Positions 16,506 through 30,219 are shown, counted from the first letter of the stretch. The stretch is DNA of 64,000 nt from Eledone cirrhosa (GCA_964016885.1 OZ024741.1:171368001-171432000); one strand, 5' to 3'. The notes: generated by a model not told the origin, from the letters alone. Numbers and translations are program-made.

Positions 16506-17146
16506 AAAGTGTGTGTGTGTGTGTATATATGTGTGTATAGATAGATATGTATGAAGTGTAAAAGCAAGTATATGTATATATTTACATGTGCAGTGTGTGG
16601 GAGGTGTAGATATATAAGAAGATATTCCGGTTCTCGAATCCCCCCGAAGTCAACTCTGCCTATCATCCCTTCGAGATCATCAAATAAAGTGTAAGTCGAG
16701 TACTGGAGAAATCGGCAGCGTTCAAACCCGGAGAAAGACAGTCTCCGCTAGGTTTAAACATCCAAGACACGCCGTCATTACATAGCAGCGCCTTCACAGC
16801 TTCAAAAGTTCAGTACTCATTGATGGAAATATATGTATCGATATATATATTAAGTTGTTAAACAATATTCGATGATTATGTCAAAGAATGAATTTTACAG
16901 TAGATTGGAAGCACTCAACGAAAAATAATTTTCAGAAGTTATTAATATTAAAATATAAGTATTAATAAAATAGATGTTCTTTTGATCAATTACATTTTAT
17001 TATACATATTCCGATGTACAACAGTACGTCCTCATCAGGCAAAATATAAGGATACATGACATACCCTGAGATGTTAAATGGTTAAGATTTAATCAAGGTA
17101 GTGATTAAATCTTAACCATTTAACATCTCAGGTTATGTCATGTATC

Positions 17147-17325
17147 GGCAGTATCGGTAGAGGCTCGGACGCCATGCTTTGACGCATAGAGTTACGACCC
17201 TTGCCATTCTGAGTTCAAATCCCGCCGAGGTTAACTTTGCCTTTCATCTTTACGGGGTCGATAAAATAAAGTACCAGTAATACACTGGGTAATTGCTGGC
17301 CTTGTGCCAAAAGTAGAAACAATTA
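17147..17325 (+). mobile_element. SINE family 2
   Basis: GGCAGTATCGGTAGAG...AAGTAGAAACAATTAT. Confidence 0.9.
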
Positions 17326-17326
17326 T

Positions 17327-17379
17327 ATTTTGTCTGATGAGGACGTACTGTTGTACATCCGAAATATGTATAATAAAAT
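17327..17379 (+). ncRNA. Type I hammerhead ribozyme motif (family D)
   Basis: ATTTTGT-CTGATGA-GGACGTAC(tgtt)GTACATCC-GAAA-TATGTATA-ATAAAAT. Confidence 0.75.
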
Positions 17380-17430
17380 GTAATTGATCAAAAGAACATC
17401 TATTTTATTAATACTTATATTTTAATGTAT

Positions 17431-17461
<31 letters not shown>

Positions 17462-17714
17462 CGGTATATATATTATGGATATATATATATCCCAACCCAT
17501 ATTTTCAGCGCAATTCTTTTACATACTACATATGTTTGTGCGTGTGTGTATGGTTGGCGGATGAAAGAAAAGAGTACTCAATACCGAAGTAGAGTTTAAA
17601 GTTAAATAGTGAGTCTTTTTGTTAATCTGGGTTTCCACCTGCTTCACAGTGTCATCGAGTAATAAGACTCACTATTTTGCCTTAATTGAACATATATATA
17701 TACATATATATATA

Positions 17715-18195
17715 GGAAAATGTTCAAGACCCCGACGGCAGAGCTCAAGCCCTTTCGACGGCTATTTCCGAGTCCAGAAATAGCCGTCGAAACGGCTTGA
17801 GCTCTGCCGTCGGTCTCTTGAACATTTTCCTATTACCCACTCTACTACCCTACGTATTGAGTACTCTGGTGCGTTATAGTCCATCTGGTTCCTTACCACA
17901 CTTCCTTCGTTATATATATATATATATATATATAAAAGGTTTAAGACCCCGACGGCAGAGCTCAAGCTGTTTCGACGCATATGTATGAGTCCCGGGTTCA
18001 ATCGGGGGTAACCAGAGTAAGTAAGGTACTCAATACATTAGTAGAGTATCTACAACAAAATTTAATATAGAAATGGCTTCTACAGCACTGAGAACTGTTT
18101 TATTCGAAGGAAATCACCAGGAAAGCCCTGTCTTTCCTGGTGGTTCCCTTCGAATAAAACAGTTCTCTGCTGTAGAAGCCATTTCTATATTAAAT

Positions 18196-18199
<4 letters not shown>
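17715..18199. mobile_element. Family C fold-back (17715-17911), family C fragment and family A fold-back (17987-18199)
   Basis: Inverted arms visible directly; family tails present. Confidence 0.75.
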
Positions 18200-18241
<42 letters not shown>

Positions 18242-18565
18242 AAGCTTAGTAAAGTCGAAGCTTTGGCTGTGGACAAGCAAAGTCGACCTACAATATGAAT
18301 GAGTTAGCAACGCACTCAATAAGGGTAGGTCCTTAGAATAACAACATACGTTTAAATAGCTTGACAAATTGAACATTGTGGTAGGCAAAACCTAACACAA
18401 TACCAGAGCAACGAAAAAACTAACAGGTTAATATATATATATGTTATAAAATAACAGGAGGTTTATTATACTATGAACATTTCAATGACCGGGTTCAGTA
18501 TGAATCCGGTGACATCATCAGGTATTTGAAATTTAACAAAGGAATATAATACATGGGGCTGAAAA

Positions 18566-18610
<45 letters not shown>

Positions 18611-18612
<2 letters not shown>

Positions 18613-18970
18613 GATATTGATAAATGGAAACTATATTTATAAAACCATATTTATTTCATTATATATATTTCAAGGATACCAAGTTAAATTATGGTATGTC
18701 TTCATCAGACAAAATACAATATATAACAGTTTTTTAAAAGGGTACGTCAATGTCTATTTATAAAACTGTTATATATTGTATTTTGTCTGATGAAGGCATA
18801 CCATAATTTAACTTGGTATCCTTGAAATATATATAATGAAATAAATATGGTTTTATAAATATAGTTTCCATTTATCAATATCGTATATCTACTCCAAATA
18901 TTTGTCGAGTGCTTTATATCAGTTATAAAAATATTTGCTTGTTGTATCCCAACAATTTAAATAGAACTTT

Positions 18971-18974
<4 letters not shown>
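18611..18974. mobile_element. Family B fold-back with hammerhead core
   Basis: Reverse arm 18611-18733, forward arm 18758-18884 (CTGATGA at 18787) plus ~90-bp tail; (TA)n on both sides. Confidence 0.8.
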
Positions 18975-19006
<32 letters not shown>

Positions 19007-19096
19007 GAAAAATTGAACAGGGACAGAACAGAGAGGCAGTACGATAAATGTTTATTAAATTCACGCTCAGGAGAGTGGGGGGGGGGGGGGTAGGTG

Positions 19097-19135
19097 GGGG
19101 ACGACGTTTCGGGCATAAGCCCTTCTTCAGGTGAG
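19097..19135 (-). ncRNA. Minimal hammerhead motif typical of Penelope pLTRs
   Basis: CTGAAGA-AGGGC(ttat)GCCC-GAAACGTC on minus; stem I weak. Confidence 0.65.
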
Positions 19136-19157
19136 AGTTCAAAAGGTGTGTAGGGGA

Positions 19158-19216
<59 letters not shown>

Positions 19217-19233
19217 GAGAGAGAGGGGGGAGA

Positions 19234-19281
<48 letters not shown>

Positions 19282-19569
19282 CGATATACACATCCATTTA
19301 TTGTAACGTACTGAAACAAGCAGTGTAATATAATGGTTGATACTAGGCCAACCTGACATACCACTCGGCTTAACACTACACCCCTGTCGCCATCACCACT
19401 ACCGCCATCACCACCGCCGCCATCACCACCGCCGCCATCACCACTACCTGATTTTCTGGTGTCTTAAGCGGAGTTCATTGTTTGTAAGCATTCGAACCAT
19501 TTTCTGAGAAGGGGTAGAGGAAAGTAACTTGGTTGTTGAGTAATATCGATATAAATATCTATATATATA

Positions 19570-19644
<75 letters not shown>

Positions 19645-19647
<3 letters not shown>

Positions 19648-19955
19648 TCCCGGGTTCAATCGGAGGTAACCACAGAAAGTAAAGTACTCCATTCGTTAGT
19701 ACAGTGGATGCAACACAATCTAATATAAATGTGGCTTCTACAGGACTAGAACTGTTTCATTCGATGATTTCATTCGACTGAAAGAGTTCTAGTCCTGTAG
19801 AAGCCATTTCTATATTAAATTTTGTTGTATACAAAATGATTTCTACAGGACTAGAACTGTTTCATTCATGTAGAAGCCATTTTTATATTTTATATTAAAT
19901 ATGTATTGAGTACCTTACTTACTATGGTTACCCCCGATTGAACCCGGGATAAACT
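19645..19955. mobile_element. Family A double fold-back (four alternating segments, tails at both ends)
   Basis: TTCTACAGGACTAGAACTGTTTCATTC occurs twice, each followed by an inverted segment; CCCGGG tail ends on both sides. Confidence 0.75.
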
Positions 19956-19983
19956 TATATATATATATATATATATATAAACT

Positions 19984-20030
<47 letters not shown>

Positions 20031-20299
20031 TTATATATATTCCGATTCTGGGTTCGAACCACACCGACGTTTCTTCGATTCATTCGATCCTTCTTAGGCT
20101 CGATAACATACAGACCCCAGTCAAATACTCGTCTGATTAATTTGACTGTAATTCCTTGCTTTAAAATGTCTACGTAACCTTGTTTCTACGCGGGAAATCA
20201 ATATCGATTGATTGGTTGGTTGTTGTTTTTCCTTCTCGTGATTTTTGGTGATTGTTCCTTTGTTGTTATGATTGTTGTTATTGTCGCTGTTATTGCTGC

Positions 20300-20515
20300 T
20301 GGATTGGCAGTATCGGTAGAGAGTCGGACACCATGCTTTGCAGCATAGAGTTATGGTTCTTTACAGTCTGAGTTCAAATCCCGCTGAGGTTAACTTTGCC
20401 TTTCATCCTTTAAGGAGTCAATAAAATAAAGCACCAGTAACGCACTGGGGGTGATTTAATCGACTTTCCCCTACCCTCAAATTACTGGCCTTGTGCTTAT
20501 ATGAGAAATAATTGT
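20300..20515 (+). mobile_element. SINE family 2
   Basis: A and B boxes plus Deu-like body. Confidence 0.85.
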
Positions 20516-21189
20516 TGTTGTTTTGCACGATATCGGCTTTGATTCAGCTGATCTATGAAACCCGCCCCAGGTATGACCATCTCGCCGTTTATATTTCCAC
20601 GCTTAAGTTAGGTAGAATTTTAGATGTCTTTCCGTTTTATTTATTTTTGTTTTTTGGTTTTTAAGATGTTAGGATGTGACTTATGGAAGAGTTTGCTGCT
20701 ATTCCTAGCAGGTCGAACAACCACGGTGCTACCTTCTTCATAGATTAGCATTAATGTTAGTTGCTATGCTAAGACAGTGATTGACAGTAGTTGTAGAATT
20801 TTAGACCAAATACTTTCTTTACGTTTTGAGATCGAATCACACTGGAATCGACTTTTTTATCACTTCCAGGACAGAATGAACCTAGAGAGGGGGAGGTTCA
20901 AACGTTGGAATCGATTTACTCTCTTCAAGTTCCCCTCCACTATCTCCAAAAAGCCTGAGCCGAGCTGATAATAGGTACGAACTACATGTGAAATGTAGAC
21001 CTCCATTCAAATTGCTCATTAAGTATTTTAGTAAGCATTTCTAAATATAAGATTTATGTATAGCTTACATTTAGCATGCGCGGTATACAGGACTTGAAAA
21101 AATAAAACTCGAACGATTTATATTTAAAATGTATTGGTTCTGGTACCCAAATATTTGATGTAAAAACCTGTTTGTGTACACCGAAGGAA

Positions 21190-21782
21190 TAATTATTGTC
21201 TCTACTTTTGGCACAAGGCCAGCAATTATCCGGTACATTACTGGTACTTTATTTTATCGACCCCGTAAGGATGAAAGGCAAAGTTAACCCCGGCGGGATT
21301 TGAACTCAGAACGTAAAGGTGGGTAACTCTATGCTGCAAAGCATGGCGTCCAACCATCTACCGATACTACCAATCTACCGCCCTCGGAAAAATAATTGTT
21401 TCTACTTTTGGCACAAGGCCAGCAATTACCCCAGTGTATTACTGGTACTTTAGTTTATCGACCCCCGTAAAGGATGAAAGGCAAAGTTAACCTCGGCGGG
21501 ATTTGAACTCAGAATGGCAAGGGCCGTAACTCTACGCGTCAAAGCATGGCGTCCGACCCTCTACCGATACTGCCAATCCAAATGGTTCTAATGCAGGCAC
21601 AGTAACTGAAGGGGCGAGGTAAGTTGATTGAATCAACTCCAGTACTTGACTGGACCCTTATTTTATAGCTCCCGGAAGGATGAAAGAGAAAGTTGACGTC
21701 GATGGTATTTGAAATCAGAACCTAAAGAGCCAGAACTAAATATTTCAAAGTGTTTTATCCGATATTCTATCGATTCAGCCAA
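21190..21782 (-). mobile_element. Three tandem SINE family 2 copies
   Basis: Units at about 21192-21383, 21393-21580 and a diverged one to 21782. Confidence 0.85.
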
Positions 21783-22421
21783 ATATACACAAGTGGAACT
21801 ATACATTTAATAAAAATAAGTTAGAACTTGTTTACATTCTAGTTTATTTTGATGCCTAATAAATATCAATATACATATTTTTCTTCTAAAAATAACAGTT
21901 ATATATTATTCCCTAATTCGTAAAAAAAAAATGTAATTGTAAACTGTTTTGTATATAGAACAATTCGCCTTTTTAGTATTAGATTCAATTTTTATCCAAT
22001 AATTTTTTTAAAATGCTGTATAACTTGTTTTCTCAAACTTTTTTCTTCGAAATATGAGTGTCTATAAGCCGAAAAAATACGAATGTTTTTCTTATCAGAC
22101 AACCTGCCAAATTTGTTTTTGTTCGGGGTGGGGATGGTCGGTTTCTAAAAGGAAGGATACGTTCCTGTAATAATGTAGGCCCATGCCAACTGGCTCACAT
22201 GCGCTCCCTTCTTTGTTTTAACCTAATCACCATCCACCCACGTTTCAGGCTTTGTTCTGCGTGTAACAGTTAGATATATTTTCTCTGTCTGTATGAATGT
22301 GTATGTTTGTTAGCGAGTCCGTTTTCATAATCGATTCTGTGTAAAGCTCCAACGTTTTCAGAATTTATCATTGTAACGTTCTTTTATATATCGCCCGTGT
22401 GGCAAAAGTAAATCATGTAAT

Positions 22422-22538
22422 GGCGGGAGATATTATGTAATTAGCGAGTCAAACATATGAGTTTGTGGTGTATACTTCGGCGGGAGATATTATGTAATTA
22501 GCGAGTCAAACATATGAGTTTGTGGTGTATACTTCGGC
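22422..22538. repeat. Perfect 57-bp tandem duplication
   Basis: GGCGGGAGATATTATG...GTATACTTC twice. Confidence 0.95.
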
Positions 22539-22601
22539 TTTTTTACATTCTAATTTCAGATATGTCATACAGCCTTCTGTGGATTATAAAATAATGTACT
22601 A

Positions 22602-22790
22602 CAGGTAAAATTCTGTTATAACGAATACCATTAAAACGAATTTTTCAGTATAACGATAATTCTTTTCAATCACCGAGGTAATAACAAACAAACGTTCGAT
22701 TTGTTTCGGTCGATCTCGTTATAAAGAATTTTTCGTTACAGCAAATTTATTTATACCCTGGGAATTTCGTTATAACGTAGTTACATACTG
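22602..22790. mobile_element. pogo/Tigger-like MITE remnant
   Basis: TA|CAGGTAAAATTCTGTTATAACG...CGTTATAACGTAGTTACATACTG with internal GTTATAACGAA subrepeats. Confidence 0.6.
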
Positions 22791-23106
22791 TGTCGTTTTA
22801 ATTCACTGTTCTATTATACAAAATTTATGGTCTGACGCCAATTCATGAAATCTTTTATTGGTTTCAGTCTTAGGCTACGGATATGTAGTTGCTAATAACA
22901 ACAACAAAATCTATTTGTTTAAATCTGACAATTATTTTATCGAACCCTTTTTGTTGAACCGTGGATGGCAATGGTTTCTACAGGACTAACACTGTTTCAT
23001 TCCGTTGATGATTTCAGCTGAATGAAACAGTGTTATCCCTCTTTTGAAATCATTTACGTCCAAAATAAATCATGTACCCACAATACTTAAAGTATTGAAT
23101 ACCTTA

Positions 23107-23140
<34 letters not shown>

Positions 23141-23144
<4 letters not shown>

Positions 23145-23841
23145 AGTGTAATTTTCTACACAAAACGAAGGTTATAGAGAAAATTGAGGTTGGTAGTGGC
23201 ACATGGAATATATAAGAGACAGAATACTTTTTTGTGAAAAAACATAATTTTATAAGGTAAGGAAATAATAAAGGGTATAAAAAATGACCGGTTTCGATGG
23301 GTCTGCAAAAGCCATCTTTTCAAATGTTGATTAATATTAAGAAAAATTAATAATACGAAGAGTTAAAATTTGAGACTTGAAAATTCAAGTATAAAATTCA
23401 TTGTGGGATTTCATAGCAGTTTTCATCTAGGTAGCAACAACAGGTTGACTGCTGTGTCCCTTTCTGGTAGTGAATGAGAAGTTATTTGGGGTGTGGGTTA
23501 TTTTTATATAAAATAACCCACACCCCAAATAACTTCTCATTCACTACCAGAAAGGGACACAGCAGTCAACCTGTTGTTGCTACCTAGATGAAAACTGCTA
23601 TGAAATCCCACAATGAATTTTATACTTGAATTTTCAAGTCTCAAATTTTAACTCTTCGTATTATTAATTTTTCTTAATATTAATCAACATTTGAAAAGAT
23701 GGCTTTTGCAGACCCATCGAAACCGGTCATTTTTTATACCCTTTATTATTTCCTTACCTTATAAAATTATGTTTTTTCACAAAAAAGTATTCTGTCTCTT
23801 ATATATTCCATGTGCCACTACCAACCTCAATTTTCTCTATA
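23141..23841. mobile_element. Near-perfect ~670-bp palindrome (PLE-type fold-back) in (TA)n
   Basis: Arms 23173-23507 and 23508-23841; degenerate hammerhead TTGAAAA-GATGG...CCATC-GAAACCGGTC; 32-bp tail on the left only. Confidence 0.85.
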
Positions 23842-23982
23842 TATATATATATATACATATATATTAAATAAGGTATTCAATATATATATTGAATACCTTA
23901 TATATATATAAGTATTGAATACCTTATTTAATATATATGTATATATATATATTTATATATATATATATATATACACATATAT

Positions 23983-24232
23983 CACCAGTCGATTGACAAG
24001 ATCCCAGATATCATTCGCTTAACGAGTGGGGTGGAGCTCGTCAGATCGGACCGAGGAAACAATGTTTCCATTGATCTTTCCAATTGCTAATACTATCTAT
24101 CGGTCGCAACTCCAGGTAGAAGCTGAAATAAAATTTCTTGCTCAAGGACATAATGCATCACCCGGCCCGGGAATCGAACTCACAACCTCACAATTGCGAA
24201 TCCAATTCTCTAACCACTCAGCCACGCACCTT
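23983..24232 (-). mobile_element. SINE family 1 (alternative 3' part)
   Basis: Same tRNA head; body shared with 31758-31976 and 35775-36020. Confidence 0.85.
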
Positions 24233-24254
24233 AATATAGATATATATATATGTA

Positions 24255-24349
<95 letters not shown>

Positions 24350-24355
24350 GCGTGT

Positions 24356-24412
<57 letters not shown>

Positions 24413-24609
24413 ACGAGCTTTTGCAATTTCCCTTTACTAAATTACACCCACAAGGCATTGGTCTACCTGAAGCTATACTAGAAGATGCTACGCAATGGAC
24501 GTGAACACGAAACCATTTATAATTTATTATTGATTTTTTTATTATAATTATTAATGGGCGGAAGATGGCAGAATCAGCTGAATTTCCTGGAAATTTACAC
24601 ACAGAGAGG

Positions 24610-24643
<34 letters not shown>

Positions 24644-24750
24644 TAGCTGGCCCCGTGCTGTCAAAAATGACGACTAGCTGTAATATCTATACATAATATA
24701 AAAAAAGCGATGTTTGTTTGTTGGTAGTTTGTCATCACCCACCTCTAGCC

Positions 24751-25938
24751 TCAGTCGACGTTATCACCCCTTCCTTCCTCAGTCGACGTTATCACCCCTT
24801 CGTCTCTCAGTCGACGTAATCACCCGTTCCTTCCTCAGTCGACGTTTTCACCCCCTCCTCCCTCAGTCGATGTAATCATCCCTTCCTTCCTCAGTCGACG
24901 TTATCACCCCTTCCTTCCTCAGTCGACGTTATCACCCCTTCCTCCCTCAGTCGACGTTATCACCCCTTCCTCCCTCAGTCGATGTAATCATCCCTTCCTT
25001 CCTCAGTCGACGTTATCACCCCTTCCTCCCTCAGTCGACGTTATCACCCCTTCCTCCCTCAGTCGATGTAATCACCACTTCCTTCCTCAGTCGACGTTAT
25101 CACCCCTTCCTCCCTCAGTCGATGTAATCACCACTTCCTTCCTCAGTCGACGTTATCACCCCTTCCTCCCTCAGTCGATGTAATCACCACTTCCTTCCTC
25201 AGTCGACGTTATCACCCCTTCCTCCCTCAGTCGATGTAATCACCACTTCCTTCCTCAGTCGACGTTATCACCCCTTCCTCCCTCAGTCGATGTAATCACC
25301 ACTTCCTTCCTCAGTCGACGTTATCACCCTTCCTCCCTCAGTCGATGTAATCACCACTTCCTTCCTCAGTCGACGTTATCACACTCTCCTTCCTCAGTCG
25401 ACGTTATCACCCTTCCTCCCTCAGTCGATGTAATCACCACTTCCTTCCTCAGTCGACGTTATCACACTCTCCTTCCTCAGTCGACGTTATCACCCCTTTC
25501 TCCCTCAGTCGATGTAATCACCACTTCCTTCCTCAGTCGACGTTATCACACTCTCCTTCCTCAGTCGATGTAATCACCACTTCCTTCCTCAGTCGACGTT
25601 ATCACCCCTTCCTTCCTCAGTCGATGTAATCACCACTTCCTTCCTCAGTCGACGTTATCACACTCTCCTTCCTCAGTCGACGTTATCACCCTTCCTCCCT
25701 CAGTCGATGTAATCACCACTTCCTTCCTCAGTCGACGTTATCACACTCTCCTTCCTCAGTCGATGTAATCACCACTTCCTTCCTCAGTCGACGTTATCAC
25801 CCCTTCCTCCCTCAGTCGATGTAATCACCACTTCCTTCCTCAGTCGACGTTATCACACTCTCCTTCCTCAGTCGACGTTATCACCCCCTCCTTACACAGT
25901 TGACCTAATCATCCCTCCTTCCTCAGCCAACGTAATCA
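24751..25938. repeat. 28-bp minisatellite, about 42 units
   Basis: Variants TCAGTCGACGTTATCACCCCTTCCTCCC, TCAGTCGATGTAATCACCACTTCCTTCC and TCAGTCGACGTTATCACACTCTCCTTCC. Confidence 0.97.
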
Positions 25939-26212
25939 GACATCTCAAGTGCGTGACGAACAAATACATAAGGCTATTATATTAGTTGTTAATTTAACAC
26001 ATATAAGATTGAACCGTTTCGATGATTTCAACTAACAAACCGGTTGAAGCTTCACCGTTGTGTTTGCATGTATTAAACAATATATACACTCTACTTTCTT
26101 TAAAATTGAATAATCGTTTTAATTAGTCATTTGTCATCCATATATTCATACAGATATGTGTATGCAAATATTCTATCACACACAAGCACACATACACCAC
26201 CACACACACACA

Positions 26213-26262
<50 letters not shown>

Positions 26263-26500
26263 AGAGGAGGTTATAGTTCACTTGAAGCATTGTGTAATGA
26301 GGTATAAGCGTTTAAATATGTATAATAAAGCCAAAACAATGCAGGTATGGACATATATATATATATATATATATACACATCTTTTCTTTTCTTACTGGTA
26401 ATTGGGTAATACAAAATATTACCCTTTCGTATTTATAATTGTATATAGATTATATATGTAAGTATAAATACTATTATTGGTGTGTGTGGGGGGGGGGGGG

Positions 26501-29315
26501 CTCTCAAAAGAGAGATTAGAGTAACTTCGATAGAGTTCAGCAAAGAAGTAGCGTTAGAGAAAAATAGAAAGGAGGGGGAGCTGGTAGATAAGTTAGACAA
26601 GGCTATTTGTAGTGGCATTGCAACTGACGTTTGCGAGAATGGCATTAGACCATTTCTTCAATGCGAAACACGAAGGTTGCATTGTCAGAGCTAAGGCGCG
26701 TGAGCTGAGAAACGAGGGAACCAAAGCTGTTCGATGGACCCGCGTGGCAGAGGCGCAGCGTAATAAAACCACAATTCGGTCTTTGGCGGACCGAGACGGA
26801 CACGAGATAAGCGATTCCAAGCGGATGTGTGAGGGCTTTCGCCAGCACTTTGCTCGGTTGTTCAGGGAGGGTGGCGAATCAGAGAGAGTAGCGGATTTCA
26901 GTCCCTACCCTGACGGCTTGCTCCGCATCTCGATGGTCGATGCTGAGCGCTGCGAAAGGCCGATTACTTCAGCCGAAATTCAGGACGCCCTTGTCGGCTG
27001 CATGAGGCGCAAGTCACCCGGTTTGGATGGCCTGCCCTATGAGCTTTACGTAAATATGCCAGACTTGTTCTCCGATCTCCTCGAAGCATTCTACTGCAAC
27101 TGGCAGCAGAATGAGAGTATTCCCAGTTCTGTGAGCAGGGGAGTGGGGACGCTGGTAAGGAAAGGCGAGAACAAGAGGGATACATTAGACAACTTCAGGC
27201 CCATAACTCTGCTCAACACAGAGTTTAAGATTTTGGCCAAGGTGTTAGCAAAGAGATTGGCGCTTCTCGCCGAGGATTTGGTTGGGGAGGCGCAAACTTG
27301 TGCAATCCAAACCAGGTCCATACACGACAATCTCCACCTCATGCGATACATCATAGAGAGGGTAGGGAGTAAACCTGGCTTCGGTGAGGCACTGATCAAT
27401 TTAGATCAATCGAAAGCATTCGATAGGGTCGACCATCAGTATCTGGAGTTTGTCCTCAAAGCAGCTGGCTTCGGCCCTGTCTTCAGAAGCTGGATCGCTG
27501 CAATGCACCACGGCACACGCTCGGTGGTCAAGGTTAATGGCCACCTCTCGGAACCATTTCGGCTCTCCCGATCGGTCCGTCAAGGGTGCCCTCTCTCTTC
27601 CCTTCTGTACGTATTGACTCTCGAGCCTTTACTCCGGAAGCTGGAGCTGTTGCAGGGCATCCCACTCGAACCGGGGCGTGGAAAGGCGGTGTCGGCTTAT
27701 GCGGACGACATCACCGTGATGGTGTCGGACACCTCAGAAATCGAGGTGGTCGGCACCTTATTGAAGGAATATGAAAGGTTGACAGGAGCTTAACTCGGAG
27801 AAGTCGGAACCTGGAGAAGCAAGCCCATGCCGTCCAACAGCGTCGTGGGGCGCTGGACGGATGGACCGGTAAAGCTGCTCGGGGTTTGGTTCAGACCAGA
27901 CCTCCAGGTGGAAAAGAATTGGGACGAGGTAACGAGCAGAGTAGCCAGTCTCACCCAAAAGTGGGGTGGGAGGAAGCTATCGCTGAAAAGTCGCGCGGAG
28001 GTGGCGAATGCATACATCGCGTCCGTCATCTACTACCGCCTGACCGTCGTGCCTTGCCTCCATCCGTGCCTCATCAAGTTGGAACGGCTCCTCTTCAAAT
28101 TCTTGTGGAAAGGACAAGTTACGTTGGTGAGGCGGTCCATCTGCTGCCAGCACCCTCTACGCGGAGGGCTGGGCATGCCGTGGCTAATGATGCGCAGACA
28201 TACGCTGAGGCTGCGACATCTCCAGATATTCTGCCTAAACGGTGAACAGGTGTGGTCGCCGTTTATCAGACGGGACTTTCCGCAGTTCGTTTCTTTGACT
28301 GAGCTGCAGTCCTGGGTGAAGAAGAAACCGAGACTGGGTGACTGGCACCTGGAATGTTGCCAGGCACTCACTGTCCTCTACCAAGCTGGCAATGCGATCA
28401 GTGGAACTTCCACTCTCGAGTTCTATAGAGGATTCGTGGAGGGCAAGTGCAGAAAGGCTTTGGGCCTCGACGAAGTCGAACTGACCAGTCTGTTCCGGAG
28501 GACTTTCGAGCCGGGGACGATGGACAATTTCCAGAAATCCCTCCCTTGGCAGTGCTACCGGGGGAGGGGGCACTGCCGGTTCGGGATAAACTCTACAGGC
28601 ACGGAAGTGCTGTCAGACGGACCTGCCCGAGATGCGCGCACAGAGCGACGAAACCGCTCTGCACGCACTTGTCCAATGTCCGTGCATTACTGACTTGTGG
28701 AGTTATGTCGAACAGCTACTCTCGCGTGTAGAACGGATCCGGCTATAGTCCATAGTAAAGATCGACCCGCCGCCTTCCTTAGGCCAGTAAGTGCAGGCAA
28801 TTTTCCTCTGTCTGGTGGCAGTTGCGAAAGAGGTTATATGGTGGACCAGATTGAAAGGACTGAAGACAGACACTTTTCTCTTCGGCCAATCCCTCATCAA
28901 CTTCTTCAAGTTTCACCTGGAAAGGAAGGTGAGGGTGGAGAGAGAAGTGCTTCCCCCCAGTACATTTGCTAAAAGGTGGATGAATGTGGCGAGAATGGCC
29001 CGTGTGAATGGGTCTACTCTGACCATGCGCCTATAGGCTAGCTAACTTGAGGAGAGGGGTGCTCTCCCTGGGTGCCCTAGAAGCGCAGTATGATTCAGGA
29101 TTGGTGGGGTACCCGAGTCACCCCTGGGTCGACCACCCCCTATAGGGAAATTTATTTTGTTATATTTATGCATAGTTTATTTTATATTTTTATATCTCCA
29201 TTGTTAAATTAGTCTTGCCATTGTGCACTTTTACTCGACCTTATTGTAAACCCCCACTGTCCCAGTCTTTGTATTATCCCCTACATGTCGGTCCTTGTGA
29301 CTAATAAATGAAATC
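26501..29315 (+). mobile_element. 5'-truncated, frameshifted L1/Tx1-clade LINE
   Basis: ORF2 pieces 26612-27793, 27827-28693, 28447-28731 (CPRC knuckle), 28791-29036; 3' UTR ends AATAAATGAAAT. Confidence 0.92.
26612..27793 (+). pseudogene. Tx1/L1 reverse transcriptase domain
   Basis: SPGLDGLP, NFRPITLLNTEFKILAK, LDQSKAFDRVDH, RQGCPLS, YADD. Confidence 0.93.
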
Positions 29316-29500
29316 ATTATTATTTTTTAATTATTGTTATTGTTGTTCTTTGAGTCTCAGTCATTGATGTTATTTAACTGGAAAGTTTGTTGAAATGAAT
29401 ATCAAGCCGCTACCTGCAGCCTCAGATATTCAGGACGTAACGGAGGGTTCTTGCTGTACCCAGCAAGCATGCCTTTTGAAGTGTTCCAAAAAGTGGGGCT

Positions 29501-29545
<45 letters not shown>

Positions 29546-30219
29546 AGGGCGTCTATTGGAAGAAGGTTCAATAATATAAGACAGCACCTCACTAATAGTC
29601 AATTCTCACCGCCCCTTATATCACCCCCCCCCCCCTTCAATGTGTGCCTTACATAAGTAATTGATAATATTATTAATTTATTGTTTAGCACCACCTCTGC
29701 CCTGATAGAGCACTATTATCACGGGGTTTTTCTATTAATTAAACGTAAATCAACAAAAAAGGCACCTCTCTTTTATAGTAAAATTTGGCTAATTTAGACA
29801 TTTTATCTATGGCAAAAAGATCACTAGGTTATGACAACAAAAATCTCTACATTTTAGCCAATCAAAGAAAGACAATAAATGTTGTTTACCCTGAAGTTCT
29901 TCATTAGGACAAAGTATGAAATATATTTTCATGTATATATTATGTTAAAAAATAAAAAATTAAACTTTAATTTCTAACTTGAAAATAATGCTTTACACAA
30001 AAATGAAATGATCAAGTTTTGAATTGATATTTTGAAAACAATTATTTACATTTTCTTACAAAAAAAAAATGTGTGAAACACATCAAGGCGCGGTTAGTTC
30101 GGCTAGTATATATATATACTATATATATATATACTATAATAATTATTATCTTATGTTGTTTATAACATAACTAAATATATATATATATATAAATCAACTT
30201 TTCAAATGCAAGTCGATGT

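Larger units (their letters stand above)
16851..17433. mobile_element. PLE-derived fold-back, family D, with a SINE in the right arm
   Basis: Arms 16947-17094 and 17102-17426; tail on the left only. Confidence 0.8.

Noticed and set aside
24751-25938. CRISPR array
   Set aside because: Units are contiguous, the variable parts recur, there are no unique spacers and no cas genes; the context is eukaryotic.
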